64,000 nt of DNA from the NCBI GenBank assembly GCA_041180005.1, contig JBEGSF010000005.1, positions 6,158 through 70,157 on the forward strand, written 5' to 3'. This stretch comes from Verrucomicrobiota bacterium. GTDB lineage: Bacteria; Verrucomicrobiota; Verrucomicrobiia; Opitutales; UBA953. The translations under genes were made by a program, and so were the position numbers. The notes beneath the pieces were generated by a model that saw only the letters and a program-made list of their open reading frames with translations, made no database searches and had not been told where the DNA came from. Positions 37,588 to 45,497 of the stretch are shown piece by piece. Positions within the stretch are counted from its first letter, which is position 1. Each line of letters opens with the position of its first letter.

Positions 37588-38585
37588 GCCTCCGCTCGGA
37601 GGTCGCGGGTCATCAGCGCGACCACGCCCGCGCGCGGGTCGAGTCCCTTGTAGAGGATCGCGTGCAGGCAGAAGAGGATCGGCGCTTCAAGCCCGCGGCT
37701 GGTCGCGAGCTTAGAGAGCGCTTCGGCGGCGCGATGGCCTTCGACGGCTTCCTTGCGGGCGGCCAGGGCGGCCAAGGTGCCTTGCGGGTCCTTGGCGAGC
37801 TGCTCGCCGAGCGAGCGGTTACGGCTCCAGGAACCGTGGGCGGTGGCCATCAGGTCGCCGACGCCGCCGAGTCCGAGGAAGGTCTCCGGGCGGGCGCCGA
37901 GCGCTTCGCCGAGGCGCGCCATCTCCTGCAGGGAGCGCGTGAGCATCGCGGCCTTCGCGTTCGAGCCGAGTCCGAGTCCGTCGCAGAGTCCGGCGCCGAG
38001 CGCGTAGACGTTCTTGAGCGTGCCGCCGATCTCGACGCCGATGAGGTCGGTCGAGGTATAGGCGCGCAGGGTCGGGCCGCTGACGACGGCCTGGACTTCT
38101 TTCATCAGGGAATCTCCGGCGGACGAAGCAAGGACGAGGGCCGTGGGCAGGCCGCGCGCGACCTCATCGGCGTTGCTCGGACCGCTGAGCGTGGCCACCG
38201 GGATTTCGCCGAAGGCCGCGGCCATCAGTTCGGAAGGGCGGCGTAGAGTGGCGAGGTCGAGGCCCTTGCAGAGGGAGATCGCCATCTTGGCGCCGGAGCC
38301 GCGGACCGCGGGGCCGATCGAGGCCAGCAGTTCGGGCAGGCCTTTGGAAGGGCAGGCGAGGAAGACCAGGTCGGCGTCCATCAAGGCCGGCAGCGGCTCG
38401 AGTCCGATCTGGATCGAGTCGTCGAGGCGATGGCCGGGCAGGTAGTCGGTGTTCTCGCGCGTGGTGGCGAGGGCGAGGGCCTGTTCGGCTCGACGCGGCA
38501 CGAGCGTGACGGTCTGGCCTTGGCGGGCGAGGTGGATCGCCATGGCCGTGCCCCAGCCGCCGGCTCCGAAGATGACGCAGTTCAT
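37584..38585 (-). CDS. gpsA: NAD(P)H-dependent glycerol-3-phosphate dehydrogenase
   Basis: 'IFGAGGWGTAMA' Rossmann motif, 'GTLKNVYALGAG' and 'SRNRSLG'. 4-nt overlaps with panB and the SET gene. Confidence 0.9.
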   Translation of the reverse strand: MNCVIFGAGGWGTAMAIHLARQGQTVTLVPRRAEQALALATTRENTDYLPGHRLDDSIQIGLEPLPALMDADLVFLACPSKGLPELLASIGPAVRGSGAKMAISLCKGLDLATLRRPSELMAAAFGEIPVATLSGPSNADEVARGLPTALVLASSAGDSLMKEVQAVVSGPTLRAYTSTDLIGVEIGGTLKNVYALGAGLCDGLGLGSNAKAAMLTRSLQEMARLGEALGARPETFLGLGGVGDLMATAHGSWSRNRSLGEQLAKDPQGTLAALAARKEAVEGHRAAEALSKLATSRGLEAPILFCLHAILYKGLDPRAGVVALMTRDLRAEA

Positions 38586-39349
38586 TTGGATTTCTTGGTG
38601 CGCACCTTGGCGGCCCAGCGGCGGACGGCCGCCACCGCGTCACGGTGCAGGTTGGCTTCGGGTCGGGCGAAGGGCGGAGGCTCGGGCGTGAGGCCGAGCA
38701 GGTCGTGGATCACGAGGATCTGGCCGTCGCAGCCGCGACCCGAGCCGATGCCGATGGTAGGAACGTCGACCGCTTCGGTGACCTTGGGCATGAAGGCTTC
38801 GTCGACGCATTCGACGACCATCGAGAACACGCCGGCGGCGGCGACCGCCTGGGCGTCGATGAGGATCTTGCGCTGGTCTTCGGGCGTCAGGCCGCGGCGA
38901 CGGTAGCCGGCGGAGTGGACGCGTTGGGGAAGCATGCCGACGTGGCCCATGACCGGGATGCCGGCGTCGACGAGACGGGCGATGGAGGGCGCGAGCGAGG
39001 CGCCGCCTTCGATCTTCACCGCCTTGACGCCAGCCTCCTGCATGAAATGGCGGCAGTAGCCGAGGAGCTTGGGGAAACTGTCGTGAGCCAGGCCGAAGGG
39101 GAGGTCGCCGACCACGATCGCGTCGGTCTTGGCGCGGACGACGGCCGAGGCGTGATGGATCATCATGTCCATGGTGACCCCGACGGTGTCGGGCAGACCG
39201 AGGACCGCGTTGCCCAGCGAATCCCCGACGAGGATGAGGTCGGCGCCGCCGGCGTCCGCGATGCGGGCCGTGCTCACATCGTAGGCGGTCAGGCAGACGA
39301 TGGGCCGGACGCCTTTGAGGGCGCGGAGGGACCGGGTGGTGGACTTCAC
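38582..39349 (-). CDS. panB: 3-methyl-2-oxobutanoate hydroxymethyltransferase
   Basis: 'LTAYDVSTARIADAGGADLILVGDSLGN' and 'VKIEGG' are typical PanB blocks. Confidence 0.9.
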   Translation of the reverse strand: MKSTTRSLRALKGVRPIVCLTAYDVSTARIADAGGADLILVGDSLGNAVLGLPDTVGVTMDMMIHHASAVVRAKTDAIVVGDLPFGLAHDSFPKLLGYCRHFMQEAGVKAVKIEGGASLAPSIARLVDAGIPVMGHVGMLPQRVHSAGYRRRGLTPEDQRKILIDAQAVAAAGVFSMVVECVDEAFMPKVTEAVDVPTIGIGSGRGCDGQILVIHDLLGLTPEPPPFARPEANLHRDAVAAVRRWAAKVRTKKSK

Positions 39350-39412
39350 GCCTTGGGCTTACCCAGAGACGCTCCGCTTGTAAAGCGTGGGTAAAGGGTG
39401 TAAGGTGACGGG

Positions 39413-39676
39413 GTGTGGCGTCGTGTCGTCAGTCTCTTCCGCAAGCCCGATTACCGGGTCAACGCCTACGCGCACCCTGATCTCTCGTCGCAGACCCGCT
39501 TGGCCTGGCATGCGCGGCTGAAGCTGCTGCTGAGCGCCCGGCGAGGCCTGGATCATGCCGACGAGACGCCCGCCCTCTGGACGCGCCACCGCAAATGGCT
39601 GCTCCTCGTGCTCGGTGCTCTGCTCGCCTGGTTCCTCGTCGAAAGCGCCGCCGGCTGGGGCTTCTACGAAGGCTGA
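39413..39676 (+). CDS. small hypothetical membrane protein
   Basis: 87-aa ORF with a C-terminal TM 'WLLLVLGALLAWFLV'. Coding status is uncertain. Confidence 0.4.
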   Translation: MWRRVVSLFRKPDYRVNAYAHPDLSSQTRLAWHARLKLLLSARRGLDHADETPALWTRHRKWLLLVLGALLAWFLVESAAGWGFYEG

Positions 39677-39686
39677 GCGGAGGCGC

Positions 39687-40541
39687 TCAGGCCGGACCGA
39701 AGCCGAGCAGGTCGATGCCGAGCTGCTTGGCCCGCGCGATCACGGCGGGCTTGTCGATGAGGATGACCGCGTCGGCTTCGAGGGCGGCCTTGGCGACGCC
39801 GCCTTCGGCCATGCTCTCGAGCGTCTTGAGTCCGAAGCAGGGGACGTCGAAGCGCCAGTCCTGGGCATGCTTCGACGTCTTCGTCAGCAGCATCTCCTTG
39901 CCGCCCGTCTGGGCGCAGCGGCGGAGCATGTTGTCCGTGCCTTCGAAAGCTTCGACCGCGATGACGGTGCCTTTGGCCGTGACGACCGACTGGCCGACGT
40001 CTAGCCGGGCCATCTCGCGGGCCATGCGGGTGCCGAACTCGAGCTGGTCGTCGCCGACGCCGCAGCTCCAGCCGGTCATGCAGCCGGGCGAGGCGAGGTG
40101 GTCGTCCAGGAAGACGCGCGCGTCCAGCATGCGGACGCCGACCTTCTCGATCTCGGCGGAGATGGCGCCGAAGATCGTCTCGGCGTTGCGCTCCTTGAGC
40201 GAGGCCATGAGCGCGATGAGTTTCAGGTCGGGCACCATGCCCGTGAAGAGCTTGCGCGGGGTGACCTGGCCGGCCATCACCGTGCCGGCTGCGTCGAGTT
40301 CCTTGAGCGCGTCGAGCATCTGGCCGAGCTTGCCGACCGGGATGGCGCGATGGTCTGCGGGGTCGAACGTGGCGATGAGGGCCGGGTCGGTCTCTTCTTC
40401 GAAGGAGACCAGCTTGATCTTGGCGCCGCGGGCGCGGGCGCATTCGACGAGCAGGGCGGGGTAGCGGCCTTTGCCGGCGATCACCACGACGGTCTGCGTC
40501 GGAGCGAAGTCCGGGGGGAGGAATCGGGAGGCGACCGCCAT
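39687..40541 (-). CDS. lpxI: UDP-2,3-diacylglucosamine diphosphatase LpxI (DUF1009)
   Basis: 'VVVIAGKGRYPAL', 'DVGQSVVTAKGTVIAVEAFEGTDNMLRR' and 'RFDVPCFGLKT'. ATG at 40539-40541. The longer ORF to 41207 is antisense to nadD. Confidence 0.85.
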   Translation of the reverse strand: MAVASRFLPPDFAPTQTVVVIAGKGRYPALLVECARARGAKIKLVSFEEETDPALIATFDPADHRAIPVGKLGQMLDALKELDAAGTVMAGQVTPRKLFTGMVPDLKLIALMASLKERNAETIFGAISAEIEKVGVRMLDARVFLDDHLASPGCMTGWSCGVGDDQLEFGTRMAREMARLDVGQSVVTAKGTVIAVEAFEGTDNMLRRCAQTGGKEMLLTKTSKHAQDWRFDVPCFGLKTLESMAEGGVAKAALEADAVILIDKPAVIARAKQLGIDLLGFGPA

Positions 40542-40622
40542 GGGGGCAGTGTTTCGGCGGAAGGCCTCGGGCTCAAGCCTGCTTTGGGTTGCCACCGGCT
40601 CGGCGTCGGAACGTAATGAGTC

Positions 40623-41213
40623 ATGCCTGCTGCCATCGGCATCCTGGGTGGGACCTTCGATCCTCCGCATGCGGGACATGTGGCGGCGGCCGTGGCCGCG
40701 CAGAAGCAGCTCGGCCTCGACCAGGTGCGCGTCATCCCGGCGGGTCAGGCTCCGTTGCGCACGGGCGCCCCGGTGGCTTCGGCCGCCGATCGCGTCGCGA
40801 TGTGCCGTCTCGCGTTCGCGGAGCACCCGTGGGCCGTCGTCGATGAGCGTGAGACCATGCGGGCCGGCACGAGCTGGTCCGTTGATACCGCCCGCGAGCT
40901 CGCCCGGGAATTCCCGGACGCCCTGCGGGTCTGGATCCTGGGCGCGGACCAGCTTGCCCGTCTCGACCGTTGGAAGGACGTGGTCGAACTCTGCGGCCTC
41001 GTCGAGTTCGCGGTCCTCGCGCGCGACGGGATCTCGACCCAGCCGCCGGCATCCTTGGCCGCGGTCATCCGTCTGACCGTGCTGCAGGCGCCGCCCGTGC
41101 GCATCTCGTCGACCGCGCTCCGCGAGGCCATGCGCCGCGGTGATTCGCCCCGAAACGGCTTGCCCCTCGGGGTCGCCCGCCACATCGATGAGCGCTCCCT
41201 TTACCAAGCCTGA
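40623..41213 (+). CDS. nadD: nicotinate-nucleotide adenylyltransferase
   Basis: 'IGILGGTFDPPHAGH' and 'ISSTALR' motifs. Confidence 0.9.
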   Translation: MPAAIGILGGTFDPPHAGHVAAAVAAQKQLGLDQVRVIPAGQAPLRTGAPVASAADRVAMCRLAFAEHPWAVVDERETMRAGTSWSVDTARELAREFPDALRVWILGADQLARLDRWKDVVELCGLVEFAVLARDGISTQPPASLAAVIRLTVLQAPPVRISSTALREAMRRGDSPRNGLPLGVARHIDERSLYQA

Positions 41214-41215
41214 CC

Positions 41216-41770
41216 ATGTCCGCCCTTAAAAAGAAGACCACGAAGAAGACCCCGGCCCGTCCGGTCGCCAAGTCCAAGGCTAAGGCCAAGGGCGGCGCTT
41301 CCGCCAAGGCCGGCAAGCCGGCGGCTCGTCCGGCTCGTCGCATCCTTCCGGCCGTCCCGCCCCTCAAGGCCAAGAGCCGAGGAGAGAAGGCCGCCGCCAA
41401 GCCGATGGTCGTCCTCCCGAAGCTCCCGGCGCACCTCGTGGCCGCGATCCGCGCGCTCGACGACAAGAAGGCCGTCGAGATCCGCGTCCTGGAGATGGGC
41501 CAGATTTCGTCCGTCGCTGATTTCCTCGTGATCGCCACCGGTACTTCCGAGCCTCACCTGCGCGCCCTGCGTATCGCCCTCGAGCAGGCGCTCGATGAGG
41601 TCGGCGTGACGTCCCGCTCCGAATCCCAGCGCGACAGCGGCTGGACGGTGGTCGACGCCTTCGACGTGCTCTTCCACGTCTTCCGCGAAGACATCCGTAA
41701 GAGCTACGCCCTGGAAGCCCTCTGGAAGGACGGACTGGACATCCCGGTCTCGGCCATCCTGAAGGCCTGA
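41216..41770 (+). CDS. rsfS: ribosome silencing factor RsfS (iojap) with Lys/Ala-rich N-terminal extension
   Basis: 'DDKKAVEIRVLEM...ADFLVIATGTSEPHLRAL...GWTVVDAFDVLFHVF'. It starts 2 nt after the nadD stop. Confidence 0.85.
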   Translation: MSALKKKTTKKTPARPVAKSKAKAKGGASAKAGKPAARPARRILPAVPPLKAKSRGEKAAAKPMVVLPKLPAHLVAAIRALDDKKAVEIRVLEMGQISSVADFLVIATGTSEPHLRALRIALEQALDEVGVTSRSESQRDSGWTVVDAFDVLFHVFREDIRKSYALEALWKDGLDIPVSAILKA

Positions 41771-41787
41771 AGAGGAGCAGCACCCGG

Positions 41788-41864
41788 TGGTGGTAGTGGG
41801 CAGGATCGAACTGCCGACCTAGGGCTTATGAGTCCCTCGCTCTAACCAACTGAGCTACACTACC
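41788..41864 (-). tRNA. tRNA with CAT anticodon (elongator Met or lysidine-modified Ile2), CCA encoded
   Basis: Minus strand: GGTAGTG-TA-GCTC-AGTTGGTT-AGAGC-G-AGGGA-CTCATAA-GCCCT-AGGTC-GGCAG-TTCGATC-CTGCC-CACTACC-A-CCA. The cloverleaf is intact and the G1:C72 pair argues against an initiator. Confidence 0.88.
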
Positions 41865-41922
41865 GAAAACCGAGTCCGGTCAGTCCAGCCCAGCCCTTCG
41901 GCTTCGTCAAGCCGATTGAGGT

Positions 41923-42540
41923 TCAGGGGCGCGGCTGGACGATGATCCAGAAGCACCAGAGCCACAGAAGCAGGCCCAGGCAGGCCAGGACGAGGGCGAG
42001 CCCGGACTGGGTCTGGCGGATTTCAGCCAGGCCTTCCTGGTCGAGGGTGCGGCCGATCCGGCGCACGAGGGCGACCGGAAGGAAGCAGCCCAGAGCCGTC
42101 GTGAAGGTGAGCAGGATGAAGAGCGAGATCGGCGGGGTGTCCGGGGCGACGATGTGCCAGGCGTAGACCGCGAGCGCGAACAGCGGAGGCAGCAGGAAGG
42201 TCGAGCCGCACCAGAGATAACCGGCGCGCACGGTGCGTTCGAGGTTCTCGCCGGCGGCCGAGCGGGCGGTGTCGGGCATGAGCCCCGAATGTTCGTCGGC
42301 GACGAAGCCGGGCGGAGGCGGCGGCGCGTCGCCCGCCGAGACTTCGGCGGTGGGCGCGATCACGCGCGTCAGGCCGGCGCCGCGGAGGTAGTCGCGCAAG
42401 GTCATCCAGCGTCCGTCGACTTCGATGTTGTGCAGCAGGCTGATCTCGCCGGCGCGGAGGAGCTCCTGCACGCGGGCGAGCGGGAAGGGGCCGGTCACGG
42501 CGCCTTTCCAGCGGAGTCGGAATGCGTTGGTCGGAGCCAT
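41923..42540 (-). CDS. GYF_2-like N-terminal domain + three TM helices (gene 4 of the GTPase operon)
   Basis: 'FRLRWKGAVTGPFPLARVQELLRAGEISLLHNIEVDGRWMTL' resembles a GYF_2/DUF4339 domain. Three hydrophobic helices lie in the C-terminal half. Confidence 0.7.
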   Translation of the reverse strand: MAPTNAFRLRWKGAVTGPFPLARVQELLRAGEISLLHNIEVDGRWMTLRDYLRGAGLTRVIAPTAEVSAGDAPPPPPGFVADEHSGLMPDTARSAAGENLERTVRAGYLWCGSTFLLPPLFALAVYAWHIVAPDTPPISLFILLTFTTALGCFLPVALVRRIGRTLDQEGLAEIRQTQSGLALVLACLGLLLWLWCFWIIVQPRP

Positions 42541-42542
42541 GA

Positions 42543-45494
42543 TCAGAGGTCGCGCCCTTGGAGCAGGGTCTCCCAGCCGCCGTCGGGCGGATTCAATCCC
42601 TTGGGGATGCCCGCGGCTTCGGCCGCTTCGGCGACGGTGCCCGGGTAGCGCAGGAGGGGCGAGAGCGGCGCGCCGTCGGCGACGCGCTTGGGCAGGCCGT
42701 CCTCGCCGACGCGGAAGAGCACCGCGACCTTGCCGTCGTTATCGAGGCCGTAGAGCGCGCTGCCCTTGGCGGCCTCGCGCAGGCGGGGCGTGCCGTCGCG
42801 TCCGACCATGCCGGCGAAGACCACGCGGCGGGTGCGCAGCTGCGCGAAGGTGGCGCGCCAGAAACGGGCTTCCTCGGCGTAGCCCGCGCCGCCTTGCGGT
42901 ACGAGGAACGCACGGAGTTCGCCCTTCACGTCGGCCCACTTGTCGCGGAAGAGGTAATCGTAGGGCTCGAGGCCGTTCTGCGTGATGCGACGGAGCTGTT
43001 CGGCGTCGCGCTGCGCGCTCGGGGAGAAGATCAGGCCCCAGGCGTCGGGACGGCCGCCGGCGAGCTTGTACAGTTCCTGGAGCTGGAACGCGCGCAGCTC
43101 AGGGTAGGGCGAGTCGCTGCGCCGCACGCGCTCCATCGTGCGCAGCGGTGGCTCGAGGAGGCGGCCGGAGCGCGCGTCCTGGAAACGGGTGACCTGGCGG
43201 ATGAACTCGAGCTCCGGGATGGGGGCGAGCGCGGTGAGCTCTTCGCCGTTGCGGAAGCCGTTGTTGAATTCGCGGCGTCGCCAGGCACCTTCGGCGACGC
43301 TGCCGTCGCGGTTGAGCTCCTTGGCCTTCTGCGTGAATTCGACGCCGTCGTTGAAGGAGTTCTTGGTCTCCGCGACCTCGCCGACGACGTAGACCGAGCG
43401 TCCCGGAGTGACGCCGCGGACCGAGTAGAGGCTGAGCGTCGCGCGGCGCAGGCTGTCGGCGAGCGAGGTGTCCGAGAGGCGACGCAGCAGTCGCTGTTCG
43501 ACCTCGGTCAGCACGGCAGGGTGGAAGACGCCCTGAGGGTCGGCGGTCGCGGCCGCGTCCCACATCGCGGCCACGCGCGGGGCGAGGACGGGGCGGGGCA
43601 GGGCCTGGAGCGACGGGGCGCGCGTGAAGACGAAGGAAGCGCGGGCGCCGAGGTCGGTCTTCTCGCCGGCGGTGTTGGCCGAGGCGTCGGCGAGCGCGGC
43701 GAGGTAGCTGGTGAGGTCGGCCGCGGCCTCCAGCGTGCGGAGGGCGGTGGCGATCTTGCGGTCGCCGGCCAGGCGGATCTCTCCGCGGTCCGCGGCGGCC
43801 GCGGCGGAGTCGAGGTCGCGGTCACCCGCTTCGCCGAGGATCTTCAGCAGCAGGCGGAGGCGTTCGAGGGTCTCCATCGCGCGCACCGGGTCGGCGATCG
43901 CGACGCTGTCGCCGACGGCCTTGTTGAGGGCAGCCGTGCGGACGGCGAGTTCCTGGCGGAGCTTGCCGAGGTGGTTCTGGCTGGCCGCGGCCAGGCCTTC
44001 CGGATCGGGCAGCACGGCCTTGAGCCGCTCGCGCAGCCCCGGTCCGGCTTCGCCGAGGGACTTCAGATAAGCCGCGCTCCGACGGGCGACTTCCGCGACG
44101 TTGCCGTCGGTCACGCCGGACTTGCCGGTCTCGGCGAGCTGGCGGGCTTCGAGGCGGAGCTTCTGTTCCACCGCGATCTGCTGGGCGAGCGTCTCACGCA
44201 ACGGGCGGGCGGCGGCTTTGCGGCGTTCCAGTTCGGCCGCGCCGGAACCCCCGCGTTCGAATTCATCGAGCGCGCGGAGGGCGGCGTCGTGGTCGTAAAG
44301 TTCGACGAGGCGCGTGGCTTCGGAGAAGCGGCCGAGCGTCTCTTCCTCCTGCTGGCGCTGGAGGTTGACGGCGACGACGACGCCCACGATCACGAGGAGG
44401 CCGACGACCCAGGAGGAGGTCAGCAGCAGGTAGCGGCGGTTGAGGCGGGTGCGCGTGGCTTGGCGCAGGGCGCGGGCTTCGCGCAGGAGGCCTTCGGGCA
44501 GCCTTTCGGCGTGAGGCGTCGCGCGTTCGAGCCAGGCGCTCAGGCGCACGATGAGGATCGCGGGCGAGGAACCGCGGGCGGCTTCCTGGCCGAGCACCTG
44601 CCACTCCTCGAGGAGGCTCTCGACGGCGGAGCGGAGGGCGGCTTCGGCTTCGGCGGTCGCGGCGAGTTCGCCGGCCCAGGCTTCGAGCTCGGCCATCTGG
44701 GCGAGCAGTTCGGGCGAAAGGTTCAGCTGGTGGTCGCGTTCCAGCGCGCGCGTGCGGCCGAGGGCCGAGGCGCAGGCTTCCCAGTGGCCTCCGTCACGGG
44801 CCAGCGCGGCTTCGGCGACGAGGCTGATGGCCTGTTCGGCGGCGTTGGCGCGGAGCCAGGCCGCGCGACGGGCACGGGCGTCGTCCCAGCGCGGTTCGCC
44901 GGAAAGGTCGTTCGCGCCGAAGCGCTCCATGCGCTGCATGAGCTCGACGGCCTCGGCCGGGCGGCCTTCGGCGAAGAGCGCGCCGACGCGACCCAGCGAC
45001 TCGCGGAGGAACTTCGCGGACAGGCGGGCGAGTTCGGACTGCGCGTTCGGGTCGTCGGGATTGATGCGGACGATCGAACGCAGCACCGCGAGCGCGCGGT
45101 CTTCGTCGCGGCGGCGGATCGCGTCGCGGTAATCGCGGTAGAGCGGGTGGCTCTCGCCGATGACGCGTCCGTAGAGGCTTTCGACGGCGAGCACGTGCTG
45201 ACCGTCGAGCGGGAAGCCGGCCGGAAGGCCGCGTTCGCGGCAGAGCGCGTGCCAGCGGTCGGATTCCGCGAAGCTCAGCAGGGCGCAGAGGCCGAGGAGA
45301 TCGGGGTCGGCTTCGGCGGCTTGGAAGGCGGCGTGTTCGTTGCCTCCGCGCACGAGCGTGGCGCACTGCTCGAGGCGTTCGCGGGCGCGTACGCACAGCG
45401 CGGCGTATTCGCCGGCCAGCGAGCGGGCTTCGAGATCAGGCGTCCCGAGCTCGAGCTGGCCGCGGATGCGGGCGATGAGGCGTTCGGCCTGCAT
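42543..45494 (-). CDS. 983-aa single-pass membrane protein, helical N-terminal half, unknown function (gene 3 of the GTPase operon)
   Basis: ATG start. One TM 'YLLLTSSWVVGLLVIVGVVVAV' (residues about 355-377). 3-nt gap to the upstream gene and 2-nt gap to the downstream gene. Confidence 0.75.
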   Translation of the reverse strand: MQAERLIARIRGQLELGTPDLEARSLAGEYAALCVRARERLEQCATLVRGGNEHAAFQAAEADPDLLGLCALLSFAESDRWHALCRERGLPAGFPLDGQHVLAVESLYGRVIGESHPLYRDYRDAIRRRDEDRALAVLRSIVRINPDDPNAQSELARLSAKFLRESLGRVGALFAEGRPAEAVELMQRMERFGANDLSGEPRWDDARARRAAWLRANAAEQAISLVAEAALARDGGHWEACASALGRTRALERDHQLNLSPELLAQMAELEAWAGELAATAEAEAALRSAVESLLEEWQVLGQEAARGSSPAILIVRLSAWLERATPHAERLPEGLLREARALRQATRTRLNRRYLLLTSSWVVGLLVIVGVVVAVNLQRQQEEETLGRFSEATRLVELYDHDAALRALDEFERGGSGAAELERRKAAARPLRETLAQQIAVEQKLRLEARQLAETGKSGVTDGNVAEVARRSAAYLKSLGEAGPGLRERLKAVLPDPEGLAAASQNHLGKLRQELAVRTAALNKAVGDSVAIADPVRAMETLERLRLLLKILGEAGDRDLDSAAAAADRGEIRLAGDRKIATALRTLEAAADLTSYLAALADASANTAGEKTDLGARASFVFTRAPSLQALPRPVLAPRVAAMWDAAATADPQGVFHPAVLTEVEQRLLRRLSDTSLADSLRRATLSLYSVRGVTPGRSVYVVGEVAETKNSFNDGVEFTQKAKELNRDGSVAEGAWRRREFNNGFRNGEELTALAPIPELEFIRQVTRFQDARSGRLLEPPLRTMERVRRSDSPYPELRAFQLQELYKLAGGRPDAWGLIFSPSAQRDAEQLRRITQNGLEPYDYLFRDKWADVKGELRAFLVPQGGAGYAEEARFWRATFAQLRTRRVVFAGMVGRDGTPRLREAAKGSALYGLDNDGKVAVLFRVGEDGLPKRVADGAPLSPLLRYPGTVAEAAEAAGIPKGLNPPDGGWETLLQGRDL

Positions 45495-45497
45495 GGA

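Noticed and set aside
39687-41207. A 506-aa minus-strand ORF, considered as an extended LpxI.
   Set aside because: The upstream about 220 codons are antisense to nadD. The LpxI homology starts at the ATG at 40541.
41788-41864. The tRNA gene as an integration site for the adjacent GTPase operon (genomic island hypothesis).
   Set aside because: The operon lies on the 5-prime side of the tRNA, has host-like G+C, and I saw no duplicated tRNA 3-prime segment or integrase gene.
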